The translations under genes were made by a program, and so were the position numbers. A DNA stretch of 64,000 bases from Candidatus Omnitrophota bacterium (GTDB taxonomy: Bacteria > Omnitrophota > Gorgyraeia > Zapsychrales > Fredricksoniimonadaceae): NCBI GenBank assembly GCA_015232565.1, contig JADFZK010000003.1, positions 540 through 64,539 on the forward strand. Reading direction: 5' to 3'. Positions within the stretch are counted from its first letter, which is position 1. Every line of letters begins with the position of its first letter. Under the pieces are notes generated by a model. It saw nothing but the letters and a program-made list of their open reading frames with translations, had not been told where the DNA came from and did no database searches. Positions 48,601 through 60,600 of this stretch are shown piece after piece.

Positions 48601-51600
48601 CGACGGATTAGCCAACACGGCGCCAGTGAGCACGCTGGCGCTTCTCAGGAACCCCTTGCGCCCGGCGCGGAACTGAAGATCTGCCCACACTGCGCGCGCG
48701 AGTTCTTGTTCCGGCGTTATCATGGCCAAAGCTTCACGATTCAGCCCCATCTGACGAACCATCCGGTTGAGAGCGGCTTCACGGGACGCGTTTCCAAATA
48801 TCAGCTCGGCAATGTCCGCCGCAACACGGGCCACCGGATCGCTGAATAGATTACGGATCCGCCAAGCCAGGCCCGGCGCCTGTACCAAACGCTCCAATTC
48901 CGCAACCCCCGCCTTCATCCATCCCGCCACCAATTCATCAGGTGAAATATTTATGGAGCGTGATGCCGGGGCTACCGGTACATTAGCCATGCCCATCAGC
49001 GCCGCAGGCACAATGGCGGCCAGGACCACCGGGATCCACACAGTCCAACCGCCTTCGGCAAATCCGCAAGTGAATATTACGATCAAAGCCAAAGAAACGC
49101 CCCGCAGGAGCCGGGCGTTGACAAGGCCCGTCAGGCGTGTTAGATTCAAACTAACCGGAAGGACAACATTATGGTAAAACATTTCAAAGCGATCATTGAA
49201 CAGGAAGCCGATGGCGGCTACTCGGCACATGTTCCGATCTTCCCCGGCTGTGCGACCCAGGGTGAGACCCTCTCCGAATGCCTGGCTAATATTAAAGAAG
49301 CCGCCACTCTTTACGCCGAATCCCTTATCGAGGACGGTATCCCCCTGCCGTCCGTTGAACCCGAAGTTATGTTGCAGAACATCGAAGTAACCGTATAACA
49401 AATGACCAAACTTCCGCAAATATCCGGCAAAGAACTTGTGCGCGCCCTGCAACGTTCGGGCTTTACGATACGTCGCCAGCGGGGCTCCCACGTTATCATG
49501 GTGCATGCCACTGACCTGGCCCGGCGCTGTGTTATTCCGGTTCACGGCAATACCGCCATTAAACCCGGAACCCTGCATTCCATCCTTGACGGCGCCGGCT
49601 TCACAACCGACGAATTGCTGGATATTATTTAAATCCGCTGCGGAACTTCGTAACACTGCCGGGCGATACAGTATTAGCACTGAAAAGCCGTAGAGAATAG
49701 AGCCGGCAACGATAAGCGCCGGGCAGCCCAGCGCCGCGCCCACTGCCGCAATTAACGCTCCGGGGCAAAAATAACTCCTGGAAGACGCAGATTCATTATT
49801 TACCACTTCATTCATTTGAAAATTAACACCCCTTGAGCCCCTCTGCCTGCGCAATACTTCCTGCATGGCCCTGATCGCCGGGGACGAAACACTATAAACT
49901 CTGGAACTTTCGGCGCGCTGGACCGCAACGGCCGACAACAATGCCCGTAATAATTGCCGATGATGTTCCGCCCCGATAAAAGCCGCCTTCACCTGGGCCA
50001 CAATTACCTCCAGCGCCGCCGGATGAGTAAACAAACCAAAATGTCCGACTGCCACCCGGGTAACGCCCCCAATAGAAGCCTCACCACGACGCAAAGCACT
50101 GCGGAATACCGCTTCATCTGCCCTGGTAAAGTAGGTGCCACGCAAGAAAACAAACGGCCGCTGATGGATTTCCCGGGCCGGACCCACTGCCGATACCGAC
50201 GCAAAAACGTGCCGGAACTGCGCCAGGCCTGCCGGGCTGTCCTGGGCCAGGCGCGCCGGACTGAGAGGATCGAACACCGCCAGGGCCGCATCCTTGGCAT
50301 GGCCAATACCCAGCCAGCGTACTAACGCCTCCTGTATTCGTACGACCCGCGCCACAAAAGTATCCGACAACCCCAAAGCTTCCGCCGACCCGCCCCACAA
50401 GGGGCCCACCAAGACCAGGCGGGGCTTGTTTCCGGCACATAATTTTTCACCCCGGTTGGCGGCCAGTTCCACTGCCCGGGCCAGCACCAGATGCCCCAGG
50501 GAATACGCCACTATCACCAAATCACGCCGGGGATACTTTTTATGGAAATCACGAATTGCATTCAGCACAATAACCGCGGAACTATTTAATGGCGCAAAAT
50601 GGTCATACGGCACTACGATCATTTCGGCCAGGGGCAGCAACCGGGCCCTTAAGGGCTGCAGGTCGGTACAATCAGCATCCACGCCGGGTATCACCATTAC
50701 AGCCCTGGCAGTATTCGAACCAGGACGGTTCAGGAACGTCCGGGCTTTAAAAGCCGTCACCACTTCGCGCCATTGCCGGCGTATGCGCGGATTTAAGTTG
50801 TCCGGGAAGAACCGCCAGGAACAAGGCGACGCCCTAACCGCGACCACCATGAAAGGCAGGAATAAAATGCGGCCGGCATTGCGTAAGGCCAGACCCAACG
50901 AGAACGGGCGACGCAGTATTAGCACTGTAAAGCTGGAGAGAATAGCACCTGCAACTATCAGCTCCGGGTAGGCCAGATGGTTTAATGCCGGCCCAACCGC
51001 AACCAACAATGCCCCCACGGTAATTAAAAGTAAGGCCGGAAGCACTACCGAAGCTTTATTGCCTTTCTTTTGATTCTCCTGGATCTTTCTGAAAAGATCC
51101 AAAGCCGGCGTATTGGAGCGCGGAGCTGTACGAGCCAGAAAGCTTTTTGTTTTATTCGGATCTATGCCGCCCAACTTGGCGTTTGCCGCTCCCGATCCAG
51201 GGCGAGCGTGGGTTATTTGGACTCGTACATCTACCAGACCGTTGTTCACCACTTTGGTTGCGGCTCCAGTCCGACGACTAACAGCCACGCCACTAACGAT
51301 CACTACCTCTCCGCCGGCGTTGGACATGCTATCGAATAGCACTTCACCATTAGCGATGGTCAGCTTGAAATCCAGACCATCAGGAACATAACCAATGTTG
51401 CCAGATTTAATAATGCTGGCACGTAGTTTTTGCACTCCCCTATACCAGGACCACAGCCGGGCAACTATTGCTATCAGCACACCTGCGGACACCAGAACGC
51501 CGGCGAAAGCCAGCAAGATCCTTAAATCACGCGGCGCATTATTTAACGAAAAGCCGCAGGTGAAGACCACGATCAATGCCAGCAGGCTCAATGTCCTGGC

Positions 51601-54600
51601 GAGAGGAAGTATCACGCAAGTCAGCACGGCCGCGATGCGTGGCAGTTGTGCACGAGCACGTTCCTGTGCTTGATGTAAGATTACAAAGATGCCCCCAATA
51701 GCGGCACCATTAACAATAGGCGAGACAGAAGAAATTTCCGGTTTCGTAGGGGCCGACCTTGCTCCAGTCCCCCGAAGGGGGATGTCGGCCCGGTGAAGAA
51801 GTGCTAGCGGCTCGATCCGCTTCTTATGGCGGGTCGACACAAGGTCGACCCCTACGCTCAGTTTTAATCTATTAAACACATACTGATCAGGCAATACTGT
51901 TAGGGTAACATGATGCTCAACCGCGCCCTGGATCTGCTCGGCGATTGAACGATCCGCGGACACAGCGAGCTCGAACACCGTGCCGGAGCTGGACCTTTCC
52001 GGCAGGATGCCGGGTCCAGCGAAGTGCCGGTCCCAGTCAGACCGGCCGGTCATCTCCGGGGGAGCGCGGCGGCCGATGATCGCAAAGAGCCAGTCCAGAT
52101 CCATTCGTGCTACAGAATATTCCTGCCCGCGGAACGTGACCTCGGCGAAATACACCCCGCCGGCGCCCAAGGTAAAACTTAAGCGCGGCCAAGCCTCGCC
52201 CGTAACAGCCGCGATCCGCGCCAGGCCGAAGAGCTTTTGCTCCAAAGTTTGCGCGTTTACCGCGCACTGCCGCGCCTGTTCGAGGTCTTTCTGCCGCTCG
52301 GCTTCTTGTGCAGCGGCCTGACCGGCTGGCGAATCCGGGAACAATTGAGCGCAGAAATCTTTAGGCAACATTTCAAGGAGTTCATTTTCCGACACGGTCT
52401 CACCGGACAGGCCAACCTCATGCAATGAGCCTGACAATTTATTAAGTTTAGCCCGTAATTGTATAAACTCCTCAGGCTTAATCCGATAGACGGGCAATCT
52501 TGGCTGTTGCAACAATTGGCCTTGACGCAACGCTTCTGCGCGCTGAACATGAATACACTCGTTCTGCGCCGCCCATCTCCATTCGCGCACACTTTCCCAA
52601 TAATCCAGCCACAACTTGTTTGCCGCGATGATCGGCCCGCGATCTTTAACCATTGAACGCATTATCTCCGCCGGCTTACCTATTTTCGCATTCCCGGTGA
52701 CCTGCTTCCACTGCAAGACAGACTGACAACCCATCTCCAGATTCCAGGCCATTTCCTTAGCCTCCTCGGGTTTCCAGCCCATCTCCCGTCCCAGGTTCTG
52801 AAGCAGAGCTTCCTGTCTACGACCTTCCGCCTCATAAACTTCCCATTCCCGGCTGTCTGGCGTACGACCATTATCTTCTTTGAAATATTTTTCAAACAAA
52901 TTTCGTGGCGGTATTTTACCAAAACCATCAACAAGAAGCGGCGTTCCATTGGGTTGATAAACCACACCACTTTCTCTTTTGGTTAAACTGCGATATCCTT
53001 CGGAAGGTTTAAAAATCGCAATCAGTTCCCAAACAGCTTCTACATCAAAGATATCCGAACAGACACCTCCAATGTTAACCTTAAACATGTCATTATCGAA
53101 TCGGGGCATATTACACGCAAATGTCGTCTTCCCCGGACTGTCAGACGACCGACAATTTAAACCATCAGCGGTTATAATGATCTCCCGTAAAACATCACTG
53201 ACTATCGGAGAAACAATAACGCCTATACGCGCCTTGAACGCGCCGAACAATGTTGCCGCAGCGGCCTCGACAGCCGCGGGTTGAGCCGCGCTCATGGGCA
53301 ATGCCGGCACTACCCCGACCGCGGCGGCGATCTGGCTGGATTGTTTAAGGAAGCTCCGGCGGGATATTCCGCGGTTCAGCCACTGGACCGCATTGGCCAG
53401 GGCCTGTATGAACACTTCACGAATATTTCGCTTGGGACCCGGCACCTGGGGTTCGGATGAACCAGGCTCTCTATTGCGCGGAGCCAGAATAGCCAGAATG
53501 GTACCACGCAATGAACGGCGCACGGGTTGCGACCGGGGGAATTCACGCCGGGCCGACACTGGTTCGACAAGCTCACCATTGGAAATGTCGGCTACGCCCA
53601 TGTCATTCTTTACAGCCGAAGCCCTGCCAGAACTTTGGGCCTGTACAGTGCCGATCCTGGACAGATCAGGCTCAACACTTTGCGAAGCTGTAACCACCCT
53701 CTGCGCAGGCTTCAGCATAAGCGCAAAAAATTCACCTCGATCTGCGTTATGCGCAGGCACTGCCGCAGAACTTCTTAACGCGGCCGGGCGATGCAGTATT
53801 AACACTAAAAAGCCGTAGAGAATAGCGCCGGCTGCAATTAGCGCCGGGTAACCCAGCGCCGCGCCTGCCGCCGCAATGAACGCTCCGGGGCAAATATAAC
53901 TCCTGGAAGACGCAGATTCATTATTCACCACTTCATTCATTTGAAAATCAACACCCCTTGAGCCCCTCTGCCTGCGCAATACTTCCTGCATGGCCCTGAT
54001 CGCCGGGGACGAAACACTATAAACTCTGGAACTTTCGGCGCGCTGGACCGCAACGGCCGACAACAATGCCCGTAATAATTGCCGATGATGTTCCGCACCG
54101 GTAAAAGCCGCTTTCACCTGGACCACTATTGCCTCCAGCGCCTCCGGATGAGTAAACAACCCGTAATGTCCAACATCCACCCGGGTAACCCCGCCAACAG
54201 AAGCCTCGCCACGGAGCAAAGCACTGCGGAATACCGCCTCATCAGCCCTGGTAAAGTATATGCCGCGCAAGAATGCAAAAGGCCGCTGATGGGTTTCCCG
54301 CTTCGGACCCACCGCCGATACCGACGCAAAAACATGCCGGAACCGCGCCAGGCCAGCCGGGCTGTCCTGCGCCAGGCGCGCCGGGCTTACCGGATCGAAC
54401 ACCGCCAGGGCGGCATCCTTGGCATGGCCAATACCCAGCCAGCGCACCAACAGCTCCTGTACCCGTACTACCCGCGCAACAAAAGGATCCGACAAACCCA
54501 AAGCTTCCGCCGACCCGCCCCACAAGGGGCCCACCAGAACCAGGCGGGGCTGGTTTCCGGCACATAATCTTTCCCCGCGCGCAGCGGCCAGTTCCACCGC

Positions 54601-57600
54601 CCGGGCCAGCACCAAATGCCCCAGGGAATACGCCACTATCACCAGGTCGCGCCGGGGATACTTTTTATGAAAATCACGGATAACCTTCAACACAACAGCC
54701 GCGGAAACAGTCAATGGCGCAAAATGGTCATACGGCACAACGATCATGTCGGCCGTGAACAGCAGCAATTCAGCCCTTAAAGGTTGCAGGTCAGTACAAT
54801 TAGCATCCACGCCGGGTATCACCATTACCGCCCGGGCAGTGCTGGAATCAGGACGGTCCAGGAACGTCTGGGCCCTAAAAGCCGTCACCACTTCGCGCGA
54901 TTGCCGGCGTATGCGTGGATTTAAATTGTCAGGGAAGAACCGCCAGGAACAAGGCGACGTCCTCACCGCCACCACCATGAAAGGCAGGCACAATATGCGG
55001 CAAACATAACGCAGCACCCAAGCCAGCACTTCGCGCATCTTCGCCAAAGCCGCCAAAACAAAACCAAAGCTTTGCACGTTAATTATTACCACGGCTACCA
55101 GCAGGGCCGCCGCGCCGATCCAGAGCCATCCTGTCGGCAGGATGCCGGCTATGCCGCCGGCCAGGGCCGCACTGCCTGCAGCGGCCGTCGGTACTACCGC
55201 CGGCAAGGTAACCGGCGCCAAACATGCCCCGGCTATACCAATAAGCCGGCCAAAGCGCAGGCCTTTCCTGACCAGACCGGGTACGCGATCACCAGAAATC
55301 GCTGCCGCAAGCGCGTCTTCCATATATGTTCCGGAAGGGATAATAAGCGTTACCTTTTGGGTACCGCCTTCATTGCGCTCAACTTGCACTGCGATTTCGT
55401 GCCGGTCAAGTAGCTGGCCTTCTTCCCTGCGCACAGCAGGATCCCTATCATCCAGGATCACCGTAGCCCACGGCACGAGGTGGGCCCAGGGACAGCCGCT
55501 GGGAACGCGCACGATCCGGTCTTCAAGTACACCGGCCGGTGACGAAGAATTCAACACGTCAGGTACCGGCGCAGCCAATTCACGACGTAATAGTTCTTTA
55601 GCCAAAGCGGTATCCCTGGCATTTCCCTGACTCCAGGCATCCATGAACAATGCCTTTAATGACCTGCGCTGTACCGCCCCACCAGCCGCCCCGGCGAGCA
55701 TGGCCGGACGGATATCCACCGCCGGCAAGCGCTTACGCTGACCCAGCACCGCCTGCACCTGCGGCCACATAATAGCGGCCGCCTGCACCCAAAGCGCCCG
55801 GCGCTCGTCGGCTGAGGTGGAACGGAACAGGATCTCGTGATTCTCCATCAAATATTTATCGGTCAAGAGATAACAGAGCCACAGCCGCTTGTTGCCGGAG
55901 AGGCTTAAGTCGGACAGCGTTTCCGGACGCACAGCCACCCGGCGCAGGGTATCGCGCAAGTCAGGCAGGTGCAGCTCCGCGAAGAACGCGTACTGGGCAC
56001 GGAAAACAGCCGCCTCATCCAGCGGCGCCTGCCCCTGAAGCGGAGCGGCAAACTCGTTGAACAGACACGCAAAAGGCTCGTAGCCGGCCTCCGCCAGTTC
56101 CCGCCGGGCGTTGGCAAAAGAAAATGCCCCGCCCCTGGCCGCCCAGGACAGGAACTCCAGCTGGGAGCACAACTCTTCATGTTCACAAGCCATCACTTCG
56201 GACAGCAACAAGGCATATTGCCCCTGGCTCATACGGGCGGGAGAATCACTGATAAGATTCGGGCGCTCCTGCAGGAAAACAAAACCCGCCGCTTCCCGCA
56301 CTATCGTCGAGATCACTACCACAAAGGCCAGAGCCGAAGTATTATCCGCCGACCACATGGCGTCCAGCCTGGCGACAGCCGGCATATCAGCGCTGATCAT
56401 GATACGCCCGGTTAAAGGATCCCGGTACTTGGAAAGGTTAGTGCCGAACGGGCCGTCCGTTATAGCGCTTAGCCCGTTACTGCGGATATAAGCCGCATAT
56501 GTTTCCACCCCGGCCGCGCCCGGCCAGCCCAGCTCACGCAACCGCGCGGCCGTTTTATCTGCCAGGCTCAGTACCACCGCAGTTTCCCCGGCAGAGAGCC
56601 GCACCGCGGCTGGTTGTCTAACACCGGCCTTTTGGGCCTGCCGAAGGGCAAAATGGTGCCATCCCAGTGCGCCACCTGCGACGGCCAGACCGAACAGTGC
56701 CAGCCAGCCTCGACGAGAATACACTGCCGGACCGGCCTGCTTCGTGGACGAACGACCCGGTAAATTGCTTTCATTCAGCCTGTTCGCTTCGGCGAGCACA
56801 TCAGCGATCATCCGCTCTTTACTACGGACATTCGTCTCACCGGCGATCTGTAATAACTGCCCATAGAACCGGGAAAGACGGCCCATAAACACAGCATCAC
56901 GCCCGCCAGTCGATCCCGCAACACCGGCCCGATGCCGGCGAACCTGTTCCACATCACCATAAAAACAAAAATACAGGCAATGGACATCCCGGACCGTTAA
57001 ACCCCGCAGAAAGTCTTCCGCCGAAATATCCGTAATATCATCGTCCATCTTGCCGGTATCCAGCAAATAACCGATAGTTCCGTGATATTTCACATACGAA
57101 GCAAAACGCCCGGCTTCGAGCGCCGAATAGCCTAAGCGCCCAAGCTGATAACGAACGATCCGATAGCCATTAAGATTGTGCGTATCGGGTTCAAAGCGAA
57201 ACCGGGGATCCTTGCCAAAATCATGCAAAAATATTGTTTTCACAACATCCCGCCTGATCTCGGGCGGCAGAGCGTTAAAATTATCGTCACCACAAACTAC
57301 CTCGACCGCGCCCAGAGTATGATCCCCCACCGAATCCGCATGCGAACCCCACTGGGCCATATGGCGCACCACGCCCCAGCGCGGCAAAGCCGCGGCCAGA
57401 ACGCCCGTACTATCTGCGAGCCTAAGCTCAAAAAGAGAATTAAAACCTTCTTCGAATCTTCGCCGCAGGGCTGCATCTTCCTTACAAGGGATCCGCTCTC
57501 TATTAACGCAAGGCGCACCGGTACCGGCCTCACACTGCGTCAGCAGGTAGCGAGCGATCGCCAATGCCTCCAGCCATTGCGGCTCGGCGGTAAAACCCGA

Positions 57601-60600
57601 ATAATTCGTTCCCAGGAAATCTTGATGTTCGGCAAGCAAGCCTTGATCGGCAATCCAAGTAATGGTCAGGGCATTAATAACGGAGTCTGGTTCCAGCGGA
57701 TACATAAAATGCAACATTTCATGCGCCATCACAATTTCCAACTGCCTGGGAGGCGCACGCAAAGCAAAGTCGAAAGCCACCGCAATACGCTGGCTCCGGA
57801 TATCGGCTTCGGCCAGGATCTCTCCCTGGGCCGCAATAATGGCAATATTGGACGGATTCACCCGGCCGGCTTCGGCGCCAAACACCCGCCCAAGAGCTAT
57901 ATGCGCCGCACCTAATGCCTCACGGGCATGATCTGCGGCCATATTTACCTGCTCAGCACTCAACGCGGGTGCCGCCTGCCCTTGCGCCCGCCGCGCCGGA
58001 AAACGTTTTGACGGAGTTCCGGCCCAATCACTGATCGAACAAAGTGCATTCAAAGCAATATCCATTTTAGTCATCGGCGCCTGCTGAACACCCTGAAGAT
58101 AAATAGACAGCGAAGTATCCGGATTCTGCAATTGGGCAATAATGCCACCCATTGTATCTGGCGTTACCGGAATAAATACTTTGCCTGAAGAAGAGGTCTT
58201 TACCCATATACCAATATCGTCCCAATGATAGCAGCGTCTAAGAACTTGCCACAAATAGCCAGGTTGCCTGCAACTACCTGCCGTAATCAGCGCCTCCACA
58301 GGAACAATGAAGCCGGTATAGACCTCGCCGTAGCCAGGCTTATCTTCGGCTTCCTGCGCAAGTTTCCGTTCAAACTCTTCTGCCCCTGAATCCGCCCTCA
58401 TAGTGTTTAATCTGTCCCGTTCTTGAACAAACATCGCCATCTCTCCCACGGTAAGTTTCAGCCCTATGAGTAAAGCCATCTGCCGTTCTCTCTTTACATA
58501 TGTTCTCAGCAATTTCCACCGGGTAGCACTGTTATTCTCTGGATCAATCCCCAGCTCCTGCAACAATTCCCTGCGAACAGAAGGCCATTGTTCATGATGG
58601 TCTACAAAACCTCCGGCAATGGTCAAGTACCTGTTATATTTACTGCTTCTACGCAGTATCAACGGAATATGCCCCAGATTATCCACCGCCAAAACATCTA
58701 CCACCACCGTAACGAAGCCGCATAACAAGGCCACTATGATCGGCAAAGGTCCAACATAAACTTTCTCCCTGTCGCAATCCTCTTGCGTTAACGGTCTCAT
58801 CATAGGGGCATAACACATCTTTCCGTCTTCTCCAACTTTTCGTTCACAAAGAACCATGCAATCGTCGCCAAAATAATGACCCGCGGCCGGATCAAAGTTC
58901 TGTTCCAACTGGGCCATACAAGCCTCGATCTGCTCTGAAGATAAAGGCTGGAATTTTAGGTCGCCCCTGCCAAGCTCCTTTGATCCATCCTGACCCAGTT
59001 CCTGTAATATCTTCCTGACCTTGGGCAAATACAATGCCAGATTTTGATTTTTCGGCAGGGCCTTTGAGTTCTTTTTACGATAAACCACCACTACCGACAA
59101 GATCACCAAAGCAAAGATCACAATCGCCAGCGTCGGCCAGGTAAGCGTCGGCCAGACAGCCGCCCACAATTGGGGGTCAATACAATCTCCCCACGTCATA
59201 CTAACCGCGCTAATTTCCTGTTCAGCCAACAGAGTAACCGGCAAAAACTGGGCCACCTTTTCCATTAATGCAGGCCGACCCGCAGAAGCCTCTTCAACAA
59301 GCCTTACATTGCCAAACTCCGGATTATCGGTCACTTTCCATTCACTTTCACACCCGCGAATATCAACAATAAAATCCGCCGCCCACAAAGTGCGCTGTTT
59401 GTACCGGTTCCAGCTCGGGATCAACCCATGGGTAAGGAACCGTAATTCAAGGTCGGCAGTAGCAGGGTTCATACTACGCGTACGGATCTCAAAATGCGCG
59501 CGGGTCCGGTCAACATTATCCTCCAGGCTCAGCGTAAGATCGTAGTACGGTAGAAAATCTTCCCGCAAAGAGTACTTGCCATCCACCAGGACGATCATGC
59601 CTTTTGTCAGCTCCAAAGTAACATCTTCCCGGGCATGCTGGCCGCGAATGTACGCATCCTGTATAACCACCGTCCCTTGCTCTGCCCCCGAGAGGCCAAA
59701 TTCAGAAATGGCCTTTAAAACAGCACGGATAGCGGCATGATCCCAGAACACTTCCTCCTCGGCCAAAAACTCATCACCCGGGCGCACGAGCATAGTCAGG
59801 CTGGCGCCGATCAGGGCGGAATCATCCTCCGAAAGAGGGTCCCCAAGACTGGCCCTGGCCGCTGCATCCCGGAATAGTTTTGGCTTCAGGCAGAAATCCT
59901 GTCTGAAGATCGCAACTTTGTGGCCCCTGACACGCAAAATTTCGGCAACCCCGGACAGCAGGGTGGTCTTCCCCGAGCCCGACGCCCCGTCCAGAGCCAC
60001 CAGGGTTAACGTACCCGGCCCATTGTTTTCCGCGATCCCCGCGGCGATATCGGCGATCTTTTCTCCCACACCGCCCAGATTGCTTCGGAAAAGTTCCTCG
60101 TCCGCCATCTTAACCGGCCGGCCGGTAGCCGGATCGATGACCGGAAAACCATAAAGCCCGTTCCTTTTCGCCCACGCATGCACCGCAGCCGGAACTATGG
60201 CCGGGTCGCGGGTGTTCCGATAATAACGGGACGAATTGCCCAGGTCGATCTGCGGATGCTGTATCAGGACCATTTCCAGCTTATGCTCACAGCCCACCTG
60301 GCCGCGGATCTCTTCAGCAATACGCTCAAGCTCATCCGCAGTCAATGTGGCTCCATACTCTCCCCGTTGAACCCAGCCGATAACAATCTTGTGATTGCCC
60401 GCCATGCGGGGGCGATAATCTTTATAATCTGTGTAAAACTGCTTAATGTAATGCCGCACACGTATTTCACTCTCAATGCCCAGGCCATAAGTTACCTCCA
60501 GCGATTCTTGCTGGTTGCCATCCAGAAAAAACAACAGATCCTTGAAGCCTTCCCGGCCATGCCCAAGGTCGGTCATTTCGATCAACGGACTATAATCTTT

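Noticed and set aside
45790-53890. Diversity-generating retroelement TR/VR pair
   Set aside because: Differences between copies are not adenine-restricted and include indels; no reverse transcriptase is present.
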